Shown here: positions 29,722-39,825 of the stretch, one piece after another
Position numbering within the stretch: position 1 is the first letter of the stretch
How the letters are laid out: each line of letters starts with the position of its first letter
DNA from: a virus
Virus record (IMG/VR): IMGVR_UViG_3300043446_004500
Span: 1-64,000 of that record
Reading direction: 5' to 3' (one strand)
DNA: 64,000 bases
Translations under genes and position numbers: made by a program
Notes under the pieces: generated by a model
Database searches by the model: none
What the model was told of the DNA's origin: nothing
Seen by the model: only the letters and a program-made list of their open reading frames with translations

Positions 29722-30669
29722 ATGAACAACACTGATTTTCTTTTCGTAGAACGATATCGTCCTCAAGTAATTGATGATTGCATTCTTCCTGAAGAAACTA
29801 AAAAAACTTTTAAGGACTTTGTTGCAAAGGGAGAAATTCCTAATCTTCTTCTTGCAGGACCTCCTGGAATTGGTAAAACTACAATCGCAAAAGCACTTTG
29901 TAATGAACTGGGAGCAGATTATTATGTCATCAACGGATCCGACGAAGGACGTTTCTTGGATACTGTACGGAACCAGGCAAAGAACTTTGCTTCGACCGTC
30001 TCACTTACGGGATCTTCTAAACACAAAGTCATCATCATTGACGAAGCGGACAACACAGGAAACGATGTTCAACTCTTACTACGGGCGAATATTGAGGCAT
30101 TTTATAGCAACTGCAGATTCATCTTCACTTGCAACTACAAGAACAAGATCATTGAACCACTGCACTCAAGGTGTGCCGTCATTGATTTCACTGTCAAAGG
30201 AAAGGAAAAGGCACAACTTGCTTCCTCTTTCTTTAAAAGACTTCAAACAATCCTTGAAACAGAAAACATTGATTATGACCAAAAGGTTCTTGCCGAACTG
30301 GTCTCAAAACATTTTCCAGATTTCCGACGTGTTCTCAACGAATGTCAAAGGTATTCGGTGGGGGGAAAAATTGACTCAGCAATTCTTGCATCTTTCTCAG
30401 ACATCTCTGTAAATGAATTGGTTAAATCTCTCAAGGATAAAAACTTTACTGAAGTCCGAAAGTGGGTGGTCTCCAACTTGGACAACGATTCTTCTCACCT
30501 ACTTCGCAGGGTGTATGACGCCTGTTATGATGTGCTTCTTCCCCAATCTATCCCTGCTGCCGTTCTTGTTATTGCTAAGTATCAATACCAATGTGCGTTT
30601 GTGGCTGATCAAGAAATTAACCTCTTAGCAGCATTAACTGAAATTATGTGTGAATGTGAATTCAAATGA
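29722..30669 (+). CDS. gp44: Clamp loader large subunit
   Basis: YRP, GPPGIGKTT, IIDEAD, PLHSRC. Confidence 0.95.
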   Translation: MNNTDFLFVERYRPQVIDDCILPEETKKTFKDFVAKGEIPNLLLAGPPGIGKTTIAKALCNELGADYYVINGSDEGRFLDTVRNQAKNFASTVSLTGSSKHKVIIIDEADNTGNDVQLLLRANIEAFYSNCRFIFTCNYKNKIIEPLHSRCAVIDFTVKGKEKAQLASSFFKRLQTILETENIDYDQKVLAELVSKHFPDFRRVLNECQRYSVGGKIDSAILASFSDISVNELVKSLKDKNFTEVRKWVVSNLDNDSSHLLRRVYDACYDVLLPQSIPAAVLVIAKYQYQCAFVADQEINLLAALTEIMCECEFK

Positions 30670-31553
30670 AAGTAAAAACTTTTCCATTAAAAACCTGTTT
30701 GAGGTATCCTGGAGGAAAGTCTAAAGCAACTAAGACTCTTGCTCCTTGGTATCCAGAAGACTTTAAAGAATATAGAGAACCATTTATTGGTGGTGGGTCT
30801 GTTGCCTTTTACACGACACAAGCATATCCAGATGTTCCTATTTGGATTAATGATCTTTATGTTCCTCTTTATAATTTTTGGGTTCAACTTCGTGACAACG
30901 GAGAAGAACTCTCAGAACGTTTGAATGAAATTAAAACAAAAGCATCGGATTATATTACTCAAGACGAAATAGATTCTGCTCATAAAGAATTGTTTGATCA
31001 AACACGACAAGATATTAATACTCAAGAAGGACTTGAAAGAGCAGCAAGTTTTTTTGTTCTGAATAAGTGTAGTTTTTCTGGATTGACTGAAAATAGCACC
31101 TTTTCTGTCACAGCATCAAGGTCTAATTTTTCCTTTGTAGGTATTGAAAAATTAAAAGAATATTCAAAATTAATGAAAGATTGGAAGATTACAAATATTG
31201 ATTATTCGGAAGTGATGAATGCCCCTGGAGAAGATGTATTTGTTTTTCTAGATCCACCTTATGATATTAAGGATTTTCTCTATGGTAAAAACAGGGAAAT
31301 GCACAAGTCATTTGATCACGATCTTTTTGCAGAGAATGTTTATAAGTGTCCTCACAAGTTTATGATTACATACAATGTGAATGATAGACTTATTGAATTG
31401 TATAAAAATTATCATTTAAAAGAGTGGAAACTCAGATATTCTATGGCACATAGGGGTGAAAAGGGAACGGATGATAATGTAAAAACAGAACTTCTGGTTA
31501 CGAATTATCCAACAGAATCTACTAATAGTTTAGAATCTATGCTTTATGATTGA
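30666..31553 (+). CDS. dam: DNA adenine methyltransferase (Dam/D12 class)
   Basis: RYPGGKS, EPFIGGGS, DPPY. Confidence 0.9.
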   Translation: MKVKTFPLKTCLRYPGGKSKATKTLAPWYPEDFKEYREPFIGGGSVAFYTTQAYPDVPIWINDLYVPLYNFWVQLRDNGEELSERLNEIKTKASDYITQDEIDSAHKELFDQTRQDINTQEGLERAASFFVLNKCSFSGLTENSTFSVTASRSNFSFVGIEKLKEYSKLMKDWKITNIDYSEVMNAPGEDVFVFLDPPYDIKDFLYGKNREMHKSFDHDLFAENVYKCPHKFMITYNVNDRLIELYKNYHLKEWKLRYSMAHRGEKGTDDNVKTELLVTNYPTESTNSLESMLYD

Positions 31554-31926
31554 ACTTAAAGATTGGTTAAATTCTATCAATTTTTCAAAAGAAAATCTGA
31601 TGGAAGATGCTGCAGCAATTAAAGAGTATACTCCTTATATTATTAATCGTTGTTTTTCTGGACATATTGATTGTGTTCTCTTTGCAAATGAGATGAATAT
31701 TCATCACCATCTTGACAAAGATATGCAATATTCATTTTATCTAAATAGTCTTAGGAAAAGGAAGAGATTTTCTCCCTGGCTCCGTAAGGATAAAGTTACA
31801 GACTTAGAATGTGTCAAACGTTATTATGGTTATAGTAATGAAAAAGCATCTCAAGCTCTGAAGATCCTAAATAAGGAACAAATAAATTTCATTAAAAAAC
31901 GACTTGACATTGGAGGAAAAAAATGA
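31546..31926 (+). CDS. gp62: Clamp loader small subunit
   Basis: PYIINR, NEMN, RKRKRFSPW, YYGYSNEKA. Confidence 0.9.
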   Translation: MIELKDWLNSINFSKENLMEDAAAIKEYTPYIINRCFSGHIDCVLFANEMNIHHHLDKDMQYSFYLNSLRKRKRFSPWLRKDKVTDLECVKRYYGYSNEKASQALKILNKEQINFIKKRLDIGGKK

Positions 31927-32360
31927 CTACTACGGTAGAACCTACTGTTGAATGGTCTCAAGACCAAATGGTAGAGGTAATTCTTAATGAACCTGATGAC
32001 TTTCTAAAAGTTCGTGAGACTTTAACTCGTATCGGAGTTGCTTCAAGAAAGGAAAAGAAAATCTATCAATCTTGCCATATTCTTCACAAGCAAGGTAGAT
32101 ATTACATCGTTCATTTTAAAGAACTATTTGCCCTTGATGGCAAACATGCAAATCTTACAGTGAATGATGTTCAAAGACGTAATCGTATTGCTCGTCTTCT
32201 TGCGGATTGGGGTTTGATTACTGTTGTAAAACCAGATTCTGTTGCTGATATTGCTCCTCTGAATCAAATCAAAGTTCTTTCTTATAAAGATAAGAGTGAT
32301 TGGATTCTTGAGCAGAAATATAACATTGGTAAAAAGGGAAAGGTTCAGGAAACCGAATGA
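31923..32360 (+). CDS. regA: Translational repressor RegA
   Basis: DDFLKVRETLTRIG, QSCHILHKQGRYYIVHFKELF. Confidence 0.95.
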   Translation: MTTTVEPTVEWSQDQMVEVILNEPDDFLKVRETLTRIGVASRKEKKIYQSCHILHKQGRYYIVHFKELFALDGKHANLTVNDVQRRNRIARLLADWGLITVVKPDSVADIAPLNQIKVLSYKDKSDWILEQKYNIGKKGKVQETE

Positions 32361-32367
32361 TTTTGTA

Positions 32368-32391
32368 GGGAGTTCAACACTCCCTTTTTTT
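32368..32391 (+). terminator. Terminator after regA
   Basis: GGGAGT-TCAAC-ACTCCC + T7. Confidence 0.7.
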
Positions 32392-32467
32392 GTATTTGTT
32401 GTATAATTAATATTGGATGCCATAAGGGTCCACAAAACACAAACTCGCTTTAAAAGGAGCTACCATA

Positions 32468-32902
32468 ATGACTAACATTGCACGTTATACTGCTGCGGAT
32501 CTTCCTACTCTGATGGATAAGATTACCAAAAACAGTATTGGATTGGATGAATATTTTGATCGTATTTTCAGTCTTCATGAAACGACTTCTAACTATCCTC
32601 CATATAATCTGGTTCAAGTTAGTAATGTAGAATCTAGACTGGAACTTGCACTTGCTGGATTTAAAAAGAATGAAGTATATGTTTACACTCAAGACGGTAA
32701 ACTGTTTATTGAGGGTCAAAAAGAAGATAAGGAAACAGATACCAAGTATGTTCACAAAGGTTTGGCTCAAAGGTCATTTACACGTTCATGGACACTCTCT
32801 GACGACACGGAAGTTAGATCGGTTGATTTTGAAGATGGTCTTTTGACAGTGACTCTTGGTAGAATTGTTCCTGAGCATCATAAGAGAAAAGATTATCTCT
32901 AA
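32468..32902 (+). CDS. hsp20: Small heat shock protein
   Basis: NYPPYN, LALAGF, GLAQRSF, DGLL.V. Confidence 0.92.
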   Translation: MTNIARYTAADLPTLMDKITKNSIGLDEYFDRIFSLHETTSNYPPYNLVQVSNVESRLELALAGFKKNEVYVYTQDGKLFIEGQKEDKETDTKYVHKGLAQRSFTRSWTLSDDTEVRSVDFEDGLLTVTLGRIVPEHHKRKDYL

Positions 32903-32914
32903 ATAAAAATAAAA

Positions 32915-33076
32915 ATGAAAACTTTCCAGGAATTTGTTTCTATTATTAAAGAAATGAAAGGTGATTATGGATCTGGAGTTAAACCATCAAAACCAAAATG
33001 TGGTTCAGAAGGAACCACATCATATGCGATGCTTCCTGGAAAGAAAGTTTGCAAGTTTCACAGAAAACGTGAGTGA
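32915..33076 (+). CDS. 53-aa basic protein with capsid-targeting-like start MKTFQEFVSIIKE; not in ORF track
   Basis: Translated manually; CTAAATA late-like box at 32899. Confidence 0.55.
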   Translation: MKTFQEFVSIIKEMKGDYGSGVKPSKPKCGSEGTTSYAMLPGKKVCKFHRKRE

Positions 33077-33103
33077 TAAATAAAATTGAATATCGTCGGC
33101 GCA

Positions 33104-33156
33104 GAGGAGCACCTGGCAAAAACCAGGTTGACTCCTCCTTTTTTTGTTGCTAGAAT
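33104..33156 (+). terminator. Terminator hairpin overlapping a TTGACT-17-TAGAAT promoter
   Basis: GAGGAG-CACCTGG..CCAGGT-TGA-CTCCTC + T run; -35 at 33128, -10 at 33151. Confidence 0.65.
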
Positions 33157-33177
33157 AGTAGGAGGCACGGAGTAAAA

Positions 33178-33573
33178 ATGACTGTAAAACTGGTTTTGTT
33201 AAAATCTGGAGAAGATATTATTACAGATCTTCAAGAAATGGTTATTCCTGTAAAAAATCAAGAAGAAATTGAGGAAAAGGTTGTTGGATATTTCTTCAAT
33301 AAACCTTGTATTATAAGCATGAAATCTCCAGAAATTATTGTAGAAACTGATGATATGCCAGCACAAAATAAGATAGAAATTAAATTGAGTCCATGGATTC
33401 CTCTATCTAAAAGTGCTAAAGTTCCAGTTCCACCAGATTGGGTTGTCACTATTGTGGACCCTATTGATAAAGTTAAAGAAATGTATGAAAATCAAGTATT
33501 AGAGACTGAAAAAAATGAAACCAATCAAGATATTAGTATTGACCAACAATCTGATTCTGATCAGTCAGATTGA
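33178..33573 (+). CDS. Conserved hypothetical protein
   Basis: KLVLLKSGEDII, PWIPLS..., DWVVTIV.P. Confidence 0.65.
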   Translation: MTVKLVLLKSGEDIITDLQEMVIPVKNQEEIEEKVVGYFFNKPCIISMKSPEIIVETDDMPAQNKIEIKLSPWIPLSKSAKVPVPPDWVVTIVDPIDKVKEMYENQVLETEKNETNQDISIDQQSDSDQSD

Positions 33574-33772
33574 AGAAGTTTCTTCCGAACTTGGAGAACC
33601 TGATTGTAAATTAATTAAACCTTTTGTAATTGGAAAGGAAAGGACATTGGAACCTTTTCTATGCGAATATACTAAACAGGACACATTTATGATGAGTTCT
33701 GATAAGATTCTTACACTTGCTACTGCAACTCCAACTCTTCTTGAAAAATACGAGGACTTAATTAAAGAATGA
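33515..33772 (+). CDS. Conserved hypothetical protein
   Basis: ELGEPDCKLI.P, SSDKILT; precedes gp43. Confidence 0.65.
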   Translation: MKPIKILVLTNNLILISQIEEVSSELGEPDCKLIKPFVIGKERTLEPFLCEYTKQDTFMMSSDKILTLATATPTLLEKYEDLIKE

Positions 33773-36264
33773 GATTTTATACTAATGTCCAGATGATTGG
33801 AAATCAATTTCTGGTTCGTGGATATGAAAATGGCAAACACGTCATGTTTAAAGAAGAGTACTTTCCTACTCTTTTTGTAAAATCAAATAAACCGACAAAA
33901 TATAAAACACTTGAGGGTGAATTTGTAGAAGCAGTTAATCCAGGTACAGTTCGGGATTGTCGTGATTTTTACAAAAAATATGATTCTGTAGATAACTTTA
34001 AAATCTATGGAAATGACAGATACATCTATCAATATATTTCTGATAAGTATCCTGACGATGAAATTAAGTTTGACATTAGTAAAATTAAACTAGCAACACT
34101 AGACATTGAGGTAGCATCGGAGAATGGATTTCCAGATCCTAAAAACTGCGATGAAGAAATTCTTTTGATTACTATTCAAGATTATAATACGAAGAAAATT
34201 ACAACTTGGGGTACTAAACCCTATCAAAATACTAGAGAAGATGTAAAGTATATCTATTGCGAATCCGAGTATGCACTTTTAAATTCTTTCCTTCATACTT
34301 GGGAAAATAATATCCCAGAAGTCATTACTGGGTGGAATATTCAATTCTATGATATTCCTTATATTTGTGGAAGATTGACAAAAGTTCTTGGAGAAAAACG
34401 AATGAAAAGTTTTTCTCCATGGGGACTTGTGACTGAAAATGAAGTCTGGGCAAACAATAGGCAGCAGATATGTATGGATGTTGGGGGTATTACTCAACTA
34501 GATTATCTTGATCTTTATAAGAAATTTACTTATACTGCACAAGAAACATATCGTCTTGACCATATTGCTTCAGTAGAACTTGGACAGAAAAAGCTTGATC
34601 ACTCTGAGTTTGATACTTTCAAAGATTTCTACACTAAGGGTTGGAAAAAATTCGTAGACTATAACATCGTTGACGTAGAACTTGTTGACCGTTTGGAAGA
34701 CAAGATGAAACTGATTGAACTTGCGATTACGATGGCATATGACGCAAAGGTCAACTTTGCTGATGTGTTCTATCAAGTTCGTATGTGGGATAATATTATC
34801 TACACGTATTTAAAGAAACGAGATATTGTTATTCCCCCTAAGGATAAATCGGAAAAGAGTGAAAAGTATGCTGGTGCATATGTAAAGGAACCTATTCCTG
34901 GAGTTTATGATTGGGTTGTGAGTTTTGACTTGAACTCACTATATCCTCATTTGATCATGCAATATAATATTAGCCCAGAAACCTTGATGGACGAAAGGCA
35001 CCCATCCGTAAATGTGGATAAAATTCTAAACAAACAGATTACCTTTGAAATGTATAAGGATTATGCTGTATGTGCTAATGGGGCAATGTTCCGCAAAGAT
35101 GTTCGTGGATTTCTTCCTGAGTTGATGGAGAAGATCTACAATGAACGTGTCATTTTCAAAAAGAAAATGCTTGCTGCTGAGCAAGAGTATGAGAAGACAA
35201 AGAACAAGCAGTTAGTAAAAGAGATTGCACGGTGCAATAATATTCAGATGGCACGTAAGATTCAACTTAACTCTGCTTATGGTGCTATTGGTAATCAGTA
35301 TTTTCGTTATTACAAACTAGAAAATGCTGAAGCAATTACTCTTTCTGGGCAGGTATCCATTCAATGGATCATGAATAAGATGAATTCTTATTTGAATAAA
35401 ATTCTTAAGACAGGAAATGTAGATTATGTTATTGCTTCTGATACCGACTCTCTTTATGTTAATATGGGTCCTCTGGTTGAGAGTGTATTCAAGGGAAGAG
35501 AGAAAACTACTGAAAGCATTGTCTCATTCCTTGATAAGGTCTGTCAGATGGAATTTGAAAAGTATATTGAAAGTTCTTACCAAGAATTGGCTGAGTATGT
35601 AAATGCCTATGATCAGAAAATGTTCATGAAACGTGAATGTATTTCTGAACGTGGAATTTGGACAGCAAAGAAAAGATATATTTTAAGTGTCTGGGACAGT
35701 GAAGGTGTTCGTTATGAAGAACCTAAACTAAAGATCAAAGGTATTGAAGCAATCAAATCATCTACTCCTGCTCCTTGTAGGAAAATGTTGAAAGATTCAT
35801 TTAAGATTATGATGACTGGAACTGAAACTGATATGATCAATTATATTGATAAATGCAGATCGGAATTTAATAAATTCCCTCCAGAAGACATTTCATTTCC
35901 TCGATCAGCTTCAGATGTTCGTAAATATCAATCTTCTTCTGACATATATTCAAAAGGAACTCCAATACATATCAGGGGATGTATCTTGTTCAATCATTAT
36001 ATTAAGGACAAAAAACTAACAAAGAAATATTCTTTGATTCAGAATGGAGAAAAGATCAAGTTTTGCTATCTTAAGAAACCAAATCCAATTCATGAGAATG
36101 TAATCTCTTTCATTCAAGATTTTCCAAAAGAACTTGCCATAACTCAATATGTTGATTATGATACGCAGTTTGAGAAGGGATTTCTTGAACCACTTAAAAC
36201 AATTCTAAATGCAATTGGATGGAATTGTGAAAGAAAAATGACCCTTGATTCTTTCTTCATGTGA
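33769..36264 (+). CDS. gp43: Family B DNA polymerase
   Basis: DIE exonuclease, DLNSLYP, KIQLNSAYG, SDTDS. Confidence 0.98.
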   Translation: MRFYTNVQMIGNQFLVRGYENGKHVMFKEEYFPTLFVKSNKPTKYKTLEGEFVEAVNPGTVRDCRDFYKKYDSVDNFKIYGNDRYIYQYISDKYPDDEIKFDISKIKLATLDIEVASENGFPDPKNCDEEILLITIQDYNTKKITTWGTKPYQNTREDVKYIYCESEYALLNSFLHTWENNIPEVITGWNIQFYDIPYICGRLTKVLGEKRMKSFSPWGLVTENEVWANNRQQICMDVGGITQLDYLDLYKKFTYTAQETYRLDHIASVELGQKKLDHSEFDTFKDFYTKGWKKFVDYNIVDVELVDRLEDKMKLIELAITMAYDAKVNFADVFYQVRMWDNIIYTYLKKRDIVIPPKDKSEKSEKYAGAYVKEPIPGVYDWVVSFDLNSLYPHLIMQYNISPETLMDERHPSVNVDKILNKQITFEMYKDYAVCANGAMFRKDVRGFLPELMEKIYNERVIFKKKMLAAEQEYEKTKNKQLVKEIARCNNIQMARKIQLNSAYGAIGNQYFRYYKLENAEAITLSGQVSIQWIMNKMNSYLNKILKTGNVDYVIASDTDSLYVNMGPLVESVFKGREKTTESIVSFLDKVCQMEFEKYIESSYQELAEYVNAYDQKMFMKRECISERGIWTAKKRYILSVWDSEGVRYEEPKLKIKGIEAIKSSTPAPCRKMLKDSFKIMMTGTETDMINYIDKCRSEFNKFPPEDISFPRSASDVRKYQSSSDIYSKGTPIHIRGCILFNHYIKDKKLTKKYSLIQNGEKIKFCYLKKPNPIHENVISFIQDFPKELAITQYVDYDTQFEKGFLEPLKTILNAIGWNCERKMTLDSFFM

Positions 36265-36294
36265 TGTTATACTGATTTTATAGGTAAAAATTTT

Positions 36295-37302
36295 ATGGAT
36301 TTTCTTAAAGACATTGTAAAAGAAATTGGTGACGATTACACCAAACTCGCATCTGACATTGATGAAACAGAAACTTATGTTGACACAGGTTCGTATATTT
36401 TTAATGCACTGGTTTCAGGTAGTATTTTTGGTGGTGTATCTGGGAATAAGATTACTGCTATTGCTGGAGAGTCTTCTACTGGAAAGACTTTCTTCAGCCT
36501 CGCCGTTGTTAAGAATTTTCTTAATAATAATCCCGATGGTTATTGTCTCTACTTTGATACTGAGGCTGCCATTACTAAATCTCTCTTAGAAAGTCGTGGA
36601 GTTGACACATCAAGGATTGTTGTGGTTAACGTTGTCACTGTAGAAGAGTTTCGCACTAAGGCACTTAAAGCGGTTGATCTTTATATGAAGAAACCTGAGG
36701 AAGAACGTAGTCCGTGCATGTTCGTTCTTGATTCTTTGGGGATGCTCTCTACAAGTAAAGAAATTAATGATGCACTGAATGAAAAGGAAGTTAGAGATAT
36801 GACTAAATCTCAACTTATTAAAGGTGCTTTCCGAATGCTAACACTTAAACTAGGTCAAGCAAATGTTCCACTTATTGTCACAAATCATACATACGATGTC
36901 ATCGGAGCTTACGTACCAACGAAAGAAATGGGAGGAGGTTCTGGACTCAAATACGCAGCAAGTACGATCATTTATCTCAGCAAAAAGAAAGAAAAAGATG
37001 GAACAGAAGTGGTCGGAAATATTATCAAGGCTAAGACTGCTAAATCACGTCTGAGTAAAGAAAACAAAGATGTAGAAATTCGTTTGTTTTATGATGAACG
37101 TGGTCTTGATCGTTATTATGGTCTTCTTGAACTTGGTGAAATTGGTGGACTATGGAAAAATGTAGCAGGACGTTATGAGATTGATGGTAAAAAACTTTAT
37201 GCTAAACAGATTCTGAAAGAACCTGAAGTATATTTCACTGAAGAAGTAATGCAACAATTGGACGAAATCGCACGTAAGGAATTTAGTTATGGAGAAAGTT
37301 GA
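36295..37302 (+). CDS. uvsX: RecA-like recombinase UvsX
   Basis: GESSTGKT, LDSLG, MGGGSGLKYAAS; promoter TTGATT-17-TATACT at 36245-36273. Confidence 0.93.
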   Translation: MDFLKDIVKEIGDDYTKLASDIDETETYVDTGSYIFNALVSGSIFGGVSGNKITAIAGESSTGKTFFSLAVVKNFLNNNPDGYCLYFDTEAAITKSLLESRGVDTSRIVVVNVVTVEEFRTKALKAVDLYMKKPEEERSPCMFVLDSLGMLSTSKEINDALNEKEVRDMTKSQLIKGAFRMLTLKLGQANVPLIVTNHTYDVIGAYVPTKEMGGGSGLKYAASTIIYLSKKKEKDGTEVVGNIIKAKTAKSRLSKENKDVEIRLFYDERGLDRYYGLLELGEIGGLWKNVAGRYEIDGKKLYAKQILKEPEVYFTEEVMQQLDEIARKEFSYGES

Positions 37303-38620
37303 GTTTCTAATTCTTAGAAACCTATTGCATAATGAGGAGTTTATTAGGAAAGTACTTCCATTTTTAAAATCAGAATATTTTGAAGATCAAAATCAAAAAA
37401 TTGTATTTGAAGAGATTTCTTCTTTTGTTCAACAATACAACCAACTAGCAACTAAAGAAGTTCTTTTTATTGAAGTAGAAAAAAGAAAAGACATCAACGA
37501 ATCTTCTTTTAAAGAAGTTTCTCATTTAATTGATTGTTTGGACAACGTTGTAGTTGAATTAGAATGGTTGACAACTACAACAGAAAAGTGGTGTCGTGAC
37601 CGTGCCATTTATTTGGCATTGATGGAATCTATTCATATTGCTGATGGCAAGGATGAAAAGAAAAGTAGAGATAGTATTCCTTCAATTCTTTCTGATGCAC
37701 TTGCAGTAAGTTTTGATAATCATGTTGGACATGATTATTTGCTTGATTATGAAAAAAGATATGAAGCATATCATAAAAAGGAGGATAAAATTGAATTTGA
37801 TCTGGAATACTTTAACAAAATTACCAAAGGTGGTCTCCCTAACAAAACTCTTAATATCGCTCTTGCTGGTACGGGTGTCGGCAAATCTCTATTCATGTGC
37901 CACGTTGCTAGCTCCGTCTTGTTGCAAGGACGGAACGTTTTGTACATTACGTTGGAAATGGCGGAAGAACGAATTGCTGAACGAATTGACGCAAATCTCT
38001 TGAATGTTCCTATTCAAGATATTGTAGATTTGCCAAAACAAATGTTTGAGAACAAGGTCAACAACCTTGCAAAGAAAACTCAAGGATCACTTATAATTAA
38101 GGAATATCCAACTGCTTCAGCACATGCAGGACATTTTAAAGCACTTCTTAATGAACTTGCACTTAAGAAGTCATTTAGACCTGATATTATTTTTATTGAT
38201 TACCTTAATATTTGTGCTTCCTCTAGGTATAAGGGAAATCTTTCTGTTAATTCTTATTCGTATATTAAAGCAATTGCAGAGGAACTTAGAGGACTCGCCG
38301 TGGAGTTTAATGTCCCGATTGTCTCCGCTACTCAGACCACTCGTTCAGGGTATTGCTTGGACTTGAAAACACAAGTTCAAACACCGCAAGGTATGAAAGA
38401 ACTTTCAAATATTCAAGTTGGAGATTTGGTGCTTTCTAATACTGGTTATAATGAAGTTCTAAATGTCTTTCCAAAATCTAAAAAGAAATCTTATAAGATT
38501 ACTTTGGATGATGGTAAAGAAATCATTTGTAGTGAAGAACATTTGTTCCCAACTCAAAATGGTGAAGTGAATATCAAAGGGGGTTTGAAAGAAGGTATGT
38601 GTCTTTATGTAAAGGAATAG
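37289..38620 (+). CDS. gp41: DnaB-like helicase gp41, N-terminal part fused to split intein N-half
   Basis: AGTGVGKS, IFIDY, ATQTTRSGY followed by CLDLKTQV... intein block A. Confidence 0.95.
   Translation: MEKVEFLILRNLLHNEEFIRKVLPFLKSEYFEDQNQKIVFEEISSFVQQYNQLATKEVLFIEVEKRKDINESSFKEVSHLIDCLDNVVVELEWLTTTTEKWCRDRAIYLALMESIHIADGKDEKKSRDSIPSILSDALAVSFDNHVGHDYLLDYEKRYEAYHKKEDKIEFDLEYFNKITKGGLPNKTLNIALAGTGVGKSLFMCHVASSVLLQGRNVLYITLEMAEERIAERIDANLLNVPIQDIVDLPKQMFENKVNNLAKKTQGSLIIKEYPTASAHAGHFKALLNELALKKSFRPDIIFIDYLNICASSRYKGNLSVNSYSYIKAIAEELRGLAVEFNVPIVSATQTTRSGYCLDLKTQVQTPQGMKELSNIQVGDLVLSNTGYNEVLNVFPKSKKKSYKITLDDGKEIICSEEHLFPTQNGEVNIKGGLKEGMCLYVKE
38354..38617 (+). mobile_element. Split intein N-fragment (88 aa), Gp41-1 type
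   Basis: Cys1 after SGY; block B CSEEHLF; near-identical to the Gp41-1 IntN as recalled. Confidence 0.93.
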
Positions 38621-38625
38621 TATGT

Positions 38626-38665
38626 GTAAGTTCTACTTCTTATAAATAATAGTAGTATAACTTAC
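38626..38665 (+). promoter_or_regulatory. Hairpin with late promoter TATAAATA in its loop, ahead of the endonuclease start
   Basis: GTAAGTT/AACTTAC and CTACT/AGTAG arms around 38641-38648. Confidence 0.65.
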
Positions 38666-38669
38666 TGAT

Positions 38670-39335
38670 ATGAAAGTAAAGATTTATTTGATTACCAACA
38701 CAGCAGTCAATCCACATATGTATTATGTTGGATTGACTAAAAATGAATTAAATAGAAGATTACAAGAACATATTACTCTTGGAAGGCACGAAGGAAATAA
38801 ACTTCTGTCTGATGCTATTATTGAATATGGTAAAAGAAACTTTACTATTGAGGTAATAGAAGAAGTTGATGAGAGTGAAGCAAGAATAAAAGAAGATTAT
38901 TATATTCGCAAATATAAATCTCATTATAGAGATGGGTGTGGATATAATATGAAATATGAAACTTGCAATCATGAGAAACACTATCACGGAGCAAATCAAG
39001 AACTAATAGAAGAGAATATTAGAAATGGTAGGGTGTGGAACTATGGAATAAGTTTTTCTACACAATCAAAAGAAAAAATGAGAAAAACTAAAAAACATAG
39101 ATACTCTCTTGGTCTTTATACTAAATTTAATACAAACCATACACAAGAAACAAAAGATAAAATATCAGAAAGTAAAAGAGGACAAAAACTTACAGAGGAA
39201 CATAAAAATAATATTTCTAAATCTTCTGTTGGTAGAACTTGGATTTATAATCCAGAGTTAGATGAAAGAAAGTTTGTAAAACAGGATGAGTTGGAAATGT
39301 TCTTGGAAAGTGGTTGGAAGAAAGGTAGGTTATAA
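38670..39335 (+). CDS. Free-standing GIY-YIG homing endonuclease with NUMOD3-like repeats
   Basis: IYLITN...YYVGLT, R..EH, E..YI, GYN; HTQETKDKISES and LTEEHKNNISKS. Confidence 0.88.
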   Translation: MKVKIYLITNTAVNPHMYYVGLTKNELNRRLQEHITLGRHEGNKLLSDAIIEYGKRNFTIEVIEEVDESEARIKEDYYIRKYKSHYRDGCGYNMKYETCNHEKHYHGANQELIEENIRNGRVWNYGISFSTQSKEKMRKTKKHRYSLGLYTKFNTNHTQETKDKISESKRGQKLTEEHKNNISKSSVGRTWIYNPELDERKFVKQDELEMFLESGWKKGRL

Positions 39336-39360
39336 ATAAACTTATAGTGTAAAAAAAAAG

Positions 39361-39804
39361 ATGGACGCACAAAATTTTCGTGGGATTCAAGAAGCATATA
39401 TGGAAGTTGTTAGTAACAATAATGAGTTGAGTGAAATGTCTTATAAAAAACTTCCTGTCGGCAAAATGATGAGAAAAGTTGAATATAGGGCAGAAAGAGA
39501 AGCAGATACGAGAGCAGATGCAGAAACAGCAGACACAACTGCTTTTATGAGTCATAATCGGGCATTAAGAGCACACAAACGCGCAGAAAGAAATAAAGAA
39601 AGAAGCAATAGAATGATAAATGTTGCTGATACTCATAGTAAGAAAGCAGCAAAGGCAAAATCAAAACTTAAAAAAGAACAAGTAGACCTATACGACATCA
39701 TTCTTTCGCACCTTCTTGATGAAGGATATGCTGAAACACCAGAAGCAGCAGAAGCAATTATGGTGAATATGAGTGAAGAGTGGAGAGATAGTATTATTGG
39801 TTGA
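39361..39804 (+). CDS. EAY/GYA-family protein, copy 2, inside the fractured gp41 locus
   Basis: Late promoter at 39331; FRGIQEAY; SHLLDEGYAETPEAAEAIMVNMSEEW. Confidence 0.65.
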   Translation: MDAQNFRGIQEAYMEVVSNNNELSEMSYKKLPVGKMMRKVEYRAEREADTRADAETADTTAFMSHNRALRAHKRAERNKERSNRMINVADTHSKKAAKAKSKLKKEQVDLYDIILSHLLDEGYAETPEAAEAIMVNMSEEWRDSIIG

Positions 39805-39825
39805 TAAAATCATAAAATCTTTCTC

